Positions 1 through 10,004 of a stretch of DNA of 64,000 nucleotides are shown one piece after another. Location of the stretch: assembly GCA_963769935.1 (NCBI GenBank), contig CAVYNY010000022.1, forward strand, positions 384,001 through 448,000. Reading direction: 5' to 3'. Below the pieces are notes generated by a model that was not told the origin of the DNA, ran no database searches, and saw only the letters and a list, made by a program, of their open reading frames with translations. The stretch is from an uncultured delta proteobacterium. GTDB taxonomy: Bacteria > Desulfobacterota > Desulfobacteria > Desulfobacterales > JAFDCJ01. A program made the translations under genes and the position numbers. Position 1 is the first letter of the stretch. Each line of letters begins with the position of its first letter.

Positions 1-161
1 GGACACTCATGAATGATGGTATTGAAAGACGAATGACCGGTGACCAGTGACGAACAGTGGATGTCGCTGCGTTTGGCGATTTTTATGAAATCATTTTAAA
101 TCGACAAAATCCTGATACATTCGTTCGGCATTCGACGTTCGACATTCGTCGTTCCCACCCC

Positions 162-1130
162 TTACTTTAATGCCACTTTAAGGTACAGATCTCCCCGTTG
201 ACCCGTTGGATATTGTTTTCCCAGTCCTCTGAGCCGCAGCTTGTGACCCTCCTGAATCCCAGCCGGTACCGCCACCTTGAAGAGGCGTTTATGAAATCCC
301 CGCGGAATGTTGATCAATTTATAGGTACCTGCGGCAGCTTCATGCGCTGTGATGGTAATTGTGCCGTAAAGGTGCGGATCAGGTCCGGGGCCGACCGGCC
401 GAATAGCCTGAAGATGCGGGGATTTTCGGCGCGCGGTTACGCGACGAACTGCCTCGGGCGGCTCGGCGCCCGGTAGTGCCAGCAAAATCTTTAAGCATAA
501 AATGCCGAAGATAAACCCTCCGATATGCGCCCACCAGGCAACACCGCCTGCCTGGCCATGGCTGGCGGCTGCGCTGATAAATTGAAATAGGAACCATAAT
601 CCGAGAAAGAAATAGGCCGGGATCTCCAGAAAATAGGGAATAAAAAAAATGGGGATGAGAGTTAAGATTTTAGATCGCGGGTATAGAACAAAATAAGCGC
701 CCATCACACCTGCAATCGCACCGCTGGCACCGATGGTGGGGACATTGGAGTTCAGATTTAAAAGAAGATGGGAAATCCCCGAGGCGAATCCGCAGCAAAG
801 GTAAAATACCAGGTAACGCCCGTGACCCAGGCGGTCTTCAACGTTGTCGCCGAATATGTAAAGCGACCACATATTGCCGAGCAGATGCCAGAAACCGCCA
901 TGCAGAAACATAAAAGACAAGAAGGAAAAAACCTGGTACGGGTTGCTGAAATAGATGCTGATTTGAGGATTCGTATAACGAGCCGGCACCAGACCGAAGA
1001 TATAAACGAACCGGTCCCCCTCGGCTCCCAACGACAGTTGAAACAGGAAGACAAGCACATTGATGCCGATGAGGACGTTGTTGACAACCGGATAATTTCG
1101 GGCCTGGACCGTATCACGCAGAGGGATCAT
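162..1130 (-). CDS. Rhomboid intramembrane serine protease with C-terminal DnaJ_C-like domain
   Basis: MFLHGGFWHLLGNM, catalytic GASG and WWAHIGG; the tail VAVPAGIQEGHKLRLRGLG...GDLYLKV resembles the DnaJ C-terminal domain. Confidence 0.9.
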   Translation of the reverse strand: MIPLRDTVQARNYPVVNNVLIGINVLVFLFQLSLGAEGDRFVYIFGLVPARYTNPQISIYFSNPYQVFSFLSFMFLHGGFWHLLGNMWSLYIFGDNVEDRLGHGRYLVFYLCCGFASGISHLLLNLNSNVPTIGASGAIAGVMGAYFVLYPRSKILTLIPIFFIPYFLEIPAYFFLGLWFLFQFISAAASHGQAGGVAWWAHIGGFIFGILCLKILLALPGAEPPEAVRRVTARRKSPHLQAIRPVGPGPDPHLYGTITITAHEAAAGTYKLINIPRGFHKRLFKVAVPAGIQEGHKLRLRGLGKQYPTGQRGDLYLKVALK

Positions 1131-1477
1131 AGTTCGGGTTTCGCGTTACGGGTTAGAGTTACGAGTTACGAGGTGCGGGTTGCAGGTTACGCGTTACAGG
1201 CGATAAAGGCATAGCGCAGAAGGCAAAGCGCATAGCGTGAAAAAAAAATATTAGTGAATCCCTGATCGTTCAGAACTTGAAAATTTGCAGAGAAATGAAA
1301 ATAAAAGCAAATCATCAATACGTGTTCCGTGCGCCTTATACCCAATGCCTTGCGCCTTTTTCTTTTATCCTACCAGCTATCACCCATGAGCTATCAAGCG
1401 GCGCGTCGGCGCCCGCACCCCGCAACACGCACCGCGCAACTCGAACCCCGCACCGCGTAGCCCGCACCCCGCATCAT
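1131..1477. repeat. Nested inverted arrays of degenerate heptamer repeats filling the valS-rhomboid intergenic region
   Basis: GTTACGA/GGTGCGG-type units at ~1131-1200 and complementary CCCGCAC-type units at ~1411-1472; inner GGCATAGCG units (~1208-1238) face TGCGCC/TGCC units (~1330-1357). Confidence 0.75.
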
Positions 1478-4137
1478 GCCTGCGCTGCCTTTATGCGGTC
1501 AAGGTTGAGTTGAAGTTTTTGCTGCTTTTCCAGCAAGGCGCTTTGTTTCTCCTTCACTTTGTCAATCACATCGGCCGGTGCCTTGCTCAGAAAACCTTGA
1601 TTTGCCAGTTTTTTGTCCACCGCTGTCAGTTCGGTTTTCAATTTGTTGATTTCCTTGGCCAGGCGTTGGGTTTCTTTGCCGAAGTCAATGATACCTTCCA
1701 GGTCGACAAAAATCGAAGCATTGTTTACCACTGCGGTGGCGGATGACCTCGGTCTTCGGCCGGAGTTTTGAACCGTGAGCGAATCCAGCCGGGCAAGATT
1801 GAGGAGCAGGTCGCGTTGACGGTCAATTACTTCCCGGGTAGAGGTGTCCTCTGATACAATCAAGACCCGCAAGGATAGAGACGGAGCAATGTTCATCTCG
1901 CCCCGTACATTCCGGATGCCCGTAATTACACTCATCAGGATCCCCATTTCAGATTCAGCTTCCCGGTACTGATAGGCTGCGGCATTCTCGGTGGAAAACT
2001 CGGGATAGCCGGCTTTCATAATTGAACCGCTGGTACCGGGCATATGGTGCCAGATTTCTTCGGTAACAAAGGGGATAAATGGATGCAGCAGCACCAAAGT
2101 ATCCCGCAACACCCGCCACAGCACCGACTGGGCTGCTTCCTTGGCTGCCGGTCCCTGTTTATCGTAAAGGGCCGGTTTGACGGCTTCAAGGTACCAGTCA
2201 CAGAATTCATGCCATACAAAATTATATAACACTCCGGCCGCTTCATTGAAGCGATAACCGTCCAATGCATTGGCCACTTCGGTTGTCGTCCATGCCAGGC
2301 GGGATAGAATCCATCTGTCAGGCAGCGAAAGATTGCGAGCATTCAGCGCTTCATATCCTTGCTGCAGGTGCAACATCGCAAAACGGGATGCATTCCACAA
2401 TTTGTTAATAAAATGCCGATAGCCTTCAACCCGTTTTTCCGACATTTTGATATCCCGCCCCTGGGCGGCAAACGCCGCCAGGGTGTATCGGAAGGCATCC
2501 GTGCCGTAGCGGTCGATGACGTTCAACGGATCGATCACATTGCCCTTGGACTTGCTCATCTTCTTGCCGTCTTCGTCCCGCACCAGAGCGTGAACATACA
2601 CATCTTTGAAGGGCACGTCATGCATGAAATGGATACCCATCATCATCATGCGGGCCACCCAGAAAAATAAAATATCAAAACCGGTGACCAGCACGGATGT
2701 GGGATAAAATGTTTTTAAAAGAGGTGTTTCGTCCGGCCATCCCATGGTAGAAAAGGGCCAGAGGGCCGAGCTGAACCAGGTGTCCAGAACATCGGTTTCC
2801 TGCACAAGTTTTGTCGAGTTGCACCCCGGACATGTCCGGGGCGCTTCCATTGATACTGCAATCTCACTGCATTCATCGCAGGTCCAGGCCGGTATCTGAT
2901 GCCCCCACCAGATCTGCCGGGATACACACCAGTCCCGAATGTTGTTCATCCATTCATAATACGTATTGTTCCACATTGCCGGTATGATTTTTGTCTTACC
3001 GCTTTGGACTGCGGCGATAGCCTTTTCTGCCAGGGGTTTGGTCCGTACGAACCATTGTTTGGAAAGATTCGGTTCGACCACCGTTTTGCAGCGGTAGCAG
3101 TGGCCCACGCTGTGGCGATAGGGCACGACCTTAACCAGCAGTCCTTCAGTTTCGAGTTCTTTGACCACGGCCCGGCGGCATTCCAACCGATCCATTCCTT
3201 CAAACCGGCCGGCCTCGGCGGCCATATCGCCGTCGTCACTGATGACTTTTACACTGGGCAGGTGATGGCGGGCTCCGATTTCAAAGTCATTCGGATCGTG
3301 GGCCGGGGTAATCTTCAAACCGCCGGTTCCAAAGGACCTGTCGACGTAGCTGTCTCTAATAATAGGAATTTCCCTCATCATCAGCGGCAGAATGACCTTA
3401 TCGGATTTAATGTTCCGATAGCGCTCATCGTCAGGGTGGACGGCCACTGCCGTATCACCCAGCATCGTTTCGGGTCGGGTGGTTGCCACCACGATGCCGC
3501 CGGACCCGTCCGGAAACGGATAGCGGATATGGTATAGGTGGCCGTCAATTTCTTCGTGTTCAACTTCAAGGTCCGCCAGTGCCGTGTGACAGCGGTGGCA
3601 CCAGTTGATTATGTAGTTGCCCCGATAAATGAGACCTTCCTCATAAAGCTGCACGAAAACTTTTCGCACAGCCTTCGACAGCCCTTCATCCATGGTAAAG
3701 CGTTCGCGTGCCCAGTCACAGGAGGCCCCCAAACGTTTTAGCTGATTGATAATGGCGCTGCCGTATTTTTCGCGCCACTGCCAGACGGCCTCGATGAATT
3801 TCTCCCGTCCCAGCTGATGACGGTCCGTGCCCTCTTCAGCCAGTTTTTTTTCGACCACGTTTTGAGTGGCGATCCCGGCATGGTCGGTACCCGGCATCCA
3901 TAAAACATTATCTCCCCGCAGCCGTCGGTAGCGGCATAAAATATCCTGCATGGTAATATTCAGAGCATGCCCCATATGGAGCACACCGGTGACATTCGGC
4001 GGTGGGATGACAATCGAATAGCTTGCCTGGGTACTTTGCTCCTGGGCGGCAAACAGCTGCTCCTTTTCCCAGAATTCATACCAGCGCTTTTCGACCTCGT
4101 GCGGTTCGTAACCCGTGTCAAATTGGTTGAGACTCAT
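1474..4137 (-). CDS. valS: Valine--tRNA ligase
   Basis: PPPNVTGVLHMGH (HIGH), KMSKS, DWCVSRQIWWGH, C-terminal coiled coil; 887 aa. Confidence 0.99.
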   Translation of the reverse strand: MSLNQFDTGYEPHEVEKRWYEFWEKEQLFAAQEQSTQASYSIVIPPPNVTGVLHMGHALNITMQDILCRYRRLRGDNVLWMPGTDHAGIATQNVVEKKLAEEGTDRHQLGREKFIEAVWQWREKYGSAIINQLKRLGASCDWARERFTMDEGLSKAVRKVFVQLYEEGLIYRGNYIINWCHRCHTALADLEVEHEEIDGHLYHIRYPFPDGSGGIVVATTRPETMLGDTAVAVHPDDERYRNIKSDKVILPLMMREIPIIRDSYVDRSFGTGGLKITPAHDPNDFEIGARHHLPSVKVISDDGDMAAEAGRFEGMDRLECRRAVVKELETEGLLVKVVPYRHSVGHCYRCKTVVEPNLSKQWFVRTKPLAEKAIAAVQSGKTKIIPAMWNNTYYEWMNNIRDWCVSRQIWWGHQIPAWTCDECSEIAVSMEAPRTCPGCNSTKLVQETDVLDTWFSSALWPFSTMGWPDETPLLKTFYPTSVLVTGFDILFFWVARMMMMGIHFMHDVPFKDVYVHALVRDEDGKKMSKSKGNVIDPLNVIDRYGTDAFRYTLAAFAAQGRDIKMSEKRVEGYRHFINKLWNASRFAMLHLQQGYEALNARNLSLPDRWILSRLAWTTTEVANALDGYRFNEAAGVLYNFVWHEFCDWYLEAVKPALYDKQGPAAKEAAQSVLWRVLRDTLVLLHPFIPFVTEEIWHHMPGTSGSIMKAGYPEFSTENAAAYQYREAESEMGILMSVITGIRNVRGEMNIAPSLSLRVLIVSEDTSTREVIDRQRDLLLNLARLDSLTVQNSGRRPRSSATAVVNNASIFVDLEGIIDFGKETQRLAKEINKLKTELTAVDKKLANQGFLSKAPADVIDKVKEKQSALLEKQQKLQLNLDRIKAAQA

Positions 4138-4262
4138 TTCAATATTGCTCCTTGCTTTTCATTTTTTCAGCAATCGAGGTTTTACGCATCTCCATCCGCC
4201 GAAATAAAAAAGGGGATTATAAATTAATCCCCATTAATTTTCCAGCGGTTTTTACGATTGTT

Positions 4263-6210
4263 TTAGTAATTATCGTCGGGCGGGCTGCTGTCCATTAGAA
4301 CACCCTTCAAGCGTTCGATCTCTTTGGCTACCGTTTTTTCAATTACATCGTAAATGATTTTTTCTATCCGGCCGGAAAATTTTTCATTGATGACGCGTTC
4401 AATGGCCTTATCAATTTGTCCGGGTGAAAACGCGGCTAATTCTTCAGAATGCGGCTCTACCGCTAAATTTTCCTGGATGGCATTCGTGCCTGCAGGGAAA
4501 TCTTCAGGCGGCGATATCGCCTCTGGTTCATCGATTGGATCTTCTGATAAAAATGCATCCAGTCGATCGACTTGTCGGGCGATTGCACCGGGATCAAAAT
4601 TAAAATCGAACGCCTCATCTTCCGAGTCCGGCACTGCAGATTGGGCCGCTAATTCAGGAGCCGGGGCATCTTCGGTATTCTCAGCTTCTTCTTTTGTCAA
4701 CCGCCATTCATCGAGCGCTGCATTGTTGAAATCAGTTTCGGCAGCCTCAGGTTCCGGCTTTTCATCATCATCATCATCATCATTCTTCTTCTTCTGATTC
4801 TTCACTGAAAAAGTCGTCGAGTTCGGTGTATTCGCTTTTTTCGTCCGATTCACCGATTCCTATGATAGGTTCCTCTGCGGTCTGCCGGTCCTCTTCTACC
4901 TCGATCAGCTCGAGAAAGTCATCTTCCTCTTCATCAACAGTATCCAAAATACCGGCCTGTTCCAACATTTTATCGCTATCGTTCGGATAATGCTGATCAA
5001 ATTCGGTAATTTCGACAATGTCATCTCCCGTTTCGGCGTCAAAATCCCATGAACCATCCAGGGGGATTACCTCATCGTCATCTTCCAGTTCGGTTGCGTC
5101 CTCAAGATCAACAAGCAAGCCATTATCATTTTCAAAGTCCAGAGGTTCGTCCAGAGATTCGTTGTCTTCCAGCGCCACGATTTGCTCATCTTCCTGCGGG
5201 TTGGCATCCAGGGCGAGGAGGTTGGCGTCATCATTTGGTTCAAATTCGAATTCTTCGGTCGGTTTGAAACGTTCTCTTGCGTCATCTGAACCTATCGACT
5301 GCTCCACGGTTCGGGCGATGATATCATCGCCGCTGTCGGTCTCTTCTCCAATCTTGGTGGGTTCACTATTCGCCTCATCCTCGTCTTCAAAATCAAGTTC
5401 AGTGAGGGCTGCCAGATCCGGCAAGTCCTCGATATCGTCATTTCCCAGTGCATCGGCGTCCAGCATGGCGATGGTTGGCGGCGTTCCGCCCGCGCCTTCA
5501 TTCACATCTGGGTTGTCATTGTGCCGGTGGGAGTCAAATTCCAAGTATTCCGCCGGTTCTTCGGTTTGATCGCGGCGGCCGGATCTATCAGTTTCACCCA
5601 GAACCATGCTGACAAAATCCGGTTGATCTTCGCTGCGTTCATCATCCAAGGCAATCAACTCGTCCCCGTCTTCATCCGTTTCATATTCAAGTTCAATTTC
5701 CTCTTCGAGGTCAAACAAATCCTCATCATCTTCGACACCTGCTGTGTCAGCGTCCGTTACTTCAGCCAAACTTTCGTCTACCGCATCCGGCTCATTATCC
5801 AGTATAATGACATCATCCTCCGAGGCTTTGAATTCGAATCCGTCATCTTTTTTGTAGGGTTCGTCTTCGTCGGATCCCAAAGAATCATTTATGGCCGATG
5901 CAATCAGCTCGTCCTCCCCCATGCCGGTTTCATCATCTGCAAACTGATCGTCCAGTTCTAAGATTACATCTTCTTTCAAGATACCGGGTTTTGAAGCTGC
6001 TTCCCAAACGGTGAAAGCCTCATTGTCATCATCACTGTCGATTTTATGAGCTTCATCGCTCAGGCCGTCGTTTAATTCTATTATGCCGTCATTCTCTTCA
6101 GTCTCAATAATGACCTCATCGGTGAGCTCGATTATGGCATCATCGTCCGATGAGTCGGTCTTGACCGAATTCTGCCGGGGATCTTTTTTATCGATCATAG
6201 TTGTCACCAA
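4263..6210 (-). CDS. Highly acidic disordered protein with helical C-terminus (PopZ/RomR-C-like); one gene split by an apparent 1-nt frameshift at ~4783
   Basis: ORF 4780..6210 and the part of ORF 4263..4853 after the junction share D/E-rich composition; removing one A from GAAGAAGAAGAATGATGAT fuses them into about 648 aa; directly upstream of valS. Confidence 0.7.
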
Positions 6211-6273
6211 TCGGTAAAAGGAAGGTTGTTCATAAGGTCGAAATGATTTTCAAATTATTATTATCTTTGGGAA

Positions 6274-6302
6274 AACTATCATATGGCTTGGTAAGTGTCA
6301 AG
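6274..6302 (-). promoter_or_regulatory. Sigma70-type promoter for the acidic protein-valS operon
   Basis: Minus strand TTGACA-N17-TAGTTT. Confidence 0.5.
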
Positions 6303-6431
6303 AAATATTAACTTATCAATCCGGTCGTTTCGGCGGGTGGCAGTGAACGAAATTCTGAACCTTGAACCTTTGAACTTATTTATTTCAAAAACCATTTGCA
6401 GGATTTGATGATCAGTTATAAGTAAACCGTC

Positions 6432-7196
6432 ATGAGACACTTTTACGTCGATCCGGCAGCCGTGACCAAACCCCTGGTTATACTTAAAGGTTCGGAAGCC
6501 CATCACATCAAAAACGTCTTGCGTTTGAAACGCGAGGACCCCATCAAGCTGATTGACGGAACCGGAAATGAATATGAGGCGGTTATCAAAGTCTTGGATA
6601 CCGAAAAAGTTGAGCTCGAAATCCGGCACGAGTTTCACCCCTCTGCAACTGCTGGTGCACGGATTTTGGTGGCCCAGGCCTTTTTAAAAGAAAAAAAGAT
6701 GGACGATCTGGTGCGCAAACTCAGCGAACTGGGCATGGCCGGTTGGGTCCCCTTTTTTTCGCAGCGCTCCATTGCCAGGCCGGCTAAAGACCGTCTGGTC
6801 GGCCGAACCAACAGATGGAAGCGAATTGCCGCCGAGGCTGTCAAACAATGCCGTCGCAGCGACCTGCTGCAAATTTATGAGGCACTCAGCTTCAAAGAGG
6901 TGCTGCAATTCAGCCAAACCTGTGATTTGAAAATTGTTTTCTGGGAAAATGAGACCGTTCCTCTGAACCGGGACCCGGGATCGAAAGGGCAGGTGCCCTT
7001 AAAAAAAATTATGCTGATGTTGGGACCCGAAGGTGGCTTTACCGAGCAGGAGATCGAATTGGCTCGGCAAGGTGGATTTGCAGTCGCCGCGCTGGGGCCC
7101 CGCATTTTGCGGGCTGAAACCGCCACCCTGGCCGCCTCGACTTTGATCCAATATCTGTATGGTGATATGGGGCTGGGGGGGGACCAGCCGGATTAG
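6432..7196 (+). CDS. rsmE: 16S rRNA (uracil1498-N3)-methyltransferase
   Basis: HHIKNVLRL, LGPEGGFT, LGPRILRAETA. Confidence 0.97.
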   Translation: MRHFYVDPAAVTKPLVILKGSEAHHIKNVLRLKREDPIKLIDGTGNEYEAVIKVLDTEKVELEIRHEFHPSATAGARILVAQAFLKEKKMDDLVRKLSELGMAGWVPFFSQRSIARPAKDRLVGRTNRWKRIAAEAVKQCRRSDLLQIYEALSFKEVLQFSQTCDLKIVFWENETVPLNRDPGSKGQVPLKKIMLMLGPEGGFTEQEIELARQGGFAVAALGPRILRAETATLAASTLIQYLYGDMGLGGDQPD

Positions 7197-7292
7197 AAAT
7201 TCCGTTTATCTGAGGGTACGATTAGATGTTTGGCAAAGTGATAATCCATGAAAATCCGTTTCCATTAATTAAGATTATGGATCAAAAATTTC

Positions 7293-7321
7293 TTGACAAA
7301 GAATCGGGGGTTTAATAGAAG
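7293..7321 (+). promoter_or_regulatory. Probable tRNA promoter
   Basis: TTGACA-N17-TAGAAG about 45 nt upstream of the tRNA. Confidence 0.5.
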
Positions 7322-7367
7322 AGAGCTTCTCAAAATTAAGACCATGTCTATAATTTGGTTTTAATAC

Positions 7368-7443
7368 GCCGAGGTAGCTCAGTCGGTAGAGCAGGGGACT
7401 GAAAATCCCCGTGTCGGCAGTTCGATTCTGTCCCTCGGCACCA
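7368..7443 (+). tRNA. tRNA-Phe (GAA)
   Basis: 76 nt, GCCGAGG/CCTCGGC acceptor stem, anticodon loop CTGAAAA, T-loop TTCGATT, encoded CCA. Confidence 0.98.
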
Positions 7444-7447
7444 TAAG

Positions 7448-7485
7448 AAAAAGGATATCAAGCTAATGTTTGATATCCTTTTTTT
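7448..7485 (+). terminator. Intrinsic terminator after tRNA-Phe
   Basis: AAAAAGGATATCAA...TTGATATCCTTTTTTT hairpin plus T run. Confidence 0.8.
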
Positions 7486-7655
7486 ATTTTGGAAACCAAA
7501 CCTTTCGATAGGCAGCTCCCTTTCTTGACAAATAATACCCTTAAATGTACCATAACGACTAGAAACAAATGATAAATTGTAGAATCAATTTTTTTGGCTA
7601 AATTTTCCAGTTACATCATTTACCCGGACGAAATGGCCCTCGAGATTTTCGACCA

Positions 7656-7961
7656 ATGAGTGAAGTGCGAATTAGTATACCAAAACATAAAATTGCTGAT
7701 TTTTGTAAACAAAATCAGGTCCGCAGATTATCTTTGTTTGGTTCGATACTTAGGGAAGACTTTGGGCCGGACAGTGATATTGATATCCTGGTGGAGTTCG
7801 AGCCCGGCACCCGGATGGGACTCATCCGGCTATCCGGATTGGAGATTGAGCTTGGTAAAATAATCGGACGCAAGGTCGATTTGAATACCCCTGGGTTGCT
7901 GAGTAAATATTTTCGCGACCAGATTCTTGCTGAGGCAGATGTGCAATATGACGCAGCATAA
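7656..7961 (+). CDS. Minimal nucleotidyltransferase (MntA-type antitoxin)
   Basis: FGS-x10-DID motif (FGSILREDFGPDSDIDILVEF), 101 aa, overlaps a HEPN gene; TTGACA-N17-TACCAT upstream. Confidence 0.9.
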   Translation: MSEVRISIPKHKIADFCKQNQVRRLSLFGSILREDFGPDSDIDILVEFEPGTRMGLIRLSGLEIELGKIIGRKVDLNTPGLLSKYFRDQILAEADVQYDAA

Positions 7962-8298
7962 TGACATGATAAGGCTTCAACATATGCTCGATCATGCAAA
8001 GGAAGCAATATAACTGATTGCCGGCAAAGATAAGGCGGAACTTCAGCGCGACCGGGTTTTAGAGCTTGCCCTGATCCGACTGATTGAGATTGTGGGGGAG
8101 GCATGTGCGAAAGTCAGTTCTTCGACTCAACTAAAATACCCTTCGATACCTTGGCCGCAGATCATTGGCATGCGCAACCGGTTAATTCATGGGTATGACT
8201 CCGTTGATTTGGATGTTTTGTGGGACACCATCGAAGTCGATTTACCGCCTCTTGTTGATGTCCTTGATAAAATTATTGGTCAAAACGGCGAAGAATAA
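7948..8298 (+). pseudogene. HepT/DUF86-type HEPN ribonuclease toxin with in-frame stop
   Basis: ATG 7948 is in frame with IPWPQIIGMRNRLIHGY (R-x4-H); TAA at 8011-8013 (codon 22). Confidence 0.85.
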
Positions 8299-8375
8299 AT
8301 ATACATTGGCCGTTTTATAAGTCGGATCGCCAAGCATATTCAGCGTTAATGATGCTGAAATAATAATCTGGTAAA

Positions 8376-9305
8376 TCAGCTCTCCGCTAATCTCTTCAAC
8401 GAATACATCCCATCTAACCCCTTGATCGGTTTGGGTTTTTTCTCATGTTTTGAGAAAAATAGATGTTTAAACCGCTGGTAATTTTTAGCCACAAATACCT
8501 TTGATCCAATAATTCCCGAATCTGTAAAATAGCGGGTGCGGTATCTGAACCGATCGCTTTTGCTGAGTTGAAATTCTCTGCGGCGCTCCTTTGCCAGCAC
8601 CTTGTTTTCAATAACCTTCGCGTTGCCTTTCTCTGGCTGGTTCAGCGCTCCTGCCTCATAGACATACCGGCGGTATCTTCTGATGCGCTCTTTTTTGCTT
8701 TTGACATTAAATTCCTTTAAACCAAAATCTGTAGATAAAAAGCTGTCCCGGTTGGTGGTCTGGATATGGTAGCCCAGTGAATTCCAGCGGTATTGTTCCG
8801 GGAGCTCCACTATCCCGGCACGCAGGGGATTCAGATCGATATAGGCCAGGCAGTTGATCAGCGTCTCGCCGTTTTCAACGATCACGCTCTTAAAACGATC
8901 GCCCCAAAAGTAACCCCGCCGGTGGTGGCGCCGGTTGTAAAACCGGGCAAAGTTAACTTTGATTTCTCGCATAAATTCAGAAAGACTGGATAGTTTTTCC
9001 CGCAATGATGACACCAGGCCTTCTGCGAAAATGCGCTCATCCCCGTAAAAATCCACATAGCGATTTAGAATATCCTTGTCTGTAAACTTGTGCTCAGGAA
9101 ACATCCTCACCAAGATATGGAAATGATTTCCCATCAAACAGAATCCTAATATCTCGACTAAATAAAGGGTAGCGTAACGCCTGATCAGATCCAGCATAAA
9201 ATCTTTTTCGACGTTGCCCAATGGAAAGCCGTCCAGGGCGGTTCTGGACATAACGTGATAAACGGTGCTTTGATCATCAATGATCATTCGTTGCGTTCTG
9301 GGCAT
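8376..9305 (-). mobile_element. REP-associated tyrosine transposase (RAYT)/Y1 HUH transposase
   Basis: YHVMSR, MGNHFH (HUH), FWGDRFKS, YIDLNPLRAG, YRWNS; probable start MPRTQR at 9305. Confidence 0.85.
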
Positions 9306-9506
9306 GATATGCTCCTTTTCTTTTTTATTGATTGTGACTTCCATTGCACATGAATTGATATGTGTCAAGCATAAAGTACCTGTCCCCTATTCTCTTTCTG
9401 CCGGCCAAGTGGTTTCAGATGACCGGTCAATGGACAGAAAGATAAAGATAAGAAGTTGCTTTTCCGAAGCGGAAGAATCGGAAAAGGTTAATTGTGTGCC
9501 GGAATC

Positions 9507-9544
9507 AGCTTCCGACTTCGCTCTTCGAGCTACGACGGGACAAG
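9507..9544. repeat. REP-like element, identical 38-bp copy at 27480-27517, variant at ~9708-9745
   Basis: AGCTTCCGACTTCGCTCTTCGAGCTACGACGGGACAAG read at both positions. Confidence 0.85.
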
Positions 9545-9744
9545 GCAACTCAACATATTGAGGCGTCAATTAAACGGACCAATGACCATCCAGCTAACGG
9601 AAGCGGGCTTTGTTGTCAATATCGATTTTTGGAGGTGGAATTGAGAACTTGGGCAAATTCGGACATAGCTCACCGTTTTGCCCGCAGCTTGATTTTTTTA
9701 AAGGTAGGCTCCCGTCTTCGTTCTTCGAACTACGCCGCGACAAG

Positions 9745-10004
9745 GCAACCGGATAATCAGCATCGATGATGTAACGTGTCGCGCCGAAGCAAATGGACAG
9801 TAGGCGGACGTGTCACGCCAAAGAAGCAAATCCGCAGCTGGAACTTATCGTGACGAAAATAGCGAAGGCGGATCATCCGCGCCGGGCGATGAGGATTCGT
9901 CATATAAGATGAAGGATTCGGTCCGCCTCCGGCGGATTGGCTCGCGGAGGCGGTCTGTGTTTAACATCCCATAAGTCCAGGTGCTTGAGGATTTTTTTGA
10001 CGAG
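9745..10004 (-). pseudogene. 3' remnant of an IS91-like transposase interrupted by short palindromic insertions
   Basis: 9907-10004 aligns with 15582-15675 and encodes LVKKILKHLDLWDVKHRPPP. Confidence 0.8.

Noticed and set aside
1..10. Start of a downstream minus-strand gene (ATG at 10)
   Set aside because: Only three codons lie in the window, which cannot support a call
4138..4262. T-box or attenuator upstream of valS
   Set aside because: Too short and no T-box motif seen; only a hairpin (GGGGATT...AATCCCC) is visible
4762..4782. Selenocysteine or readthrough at the tandem TGA codons
   Set aside because: They are an out-of-frame (GAT)n Asp run; the coding signal continues in another frame
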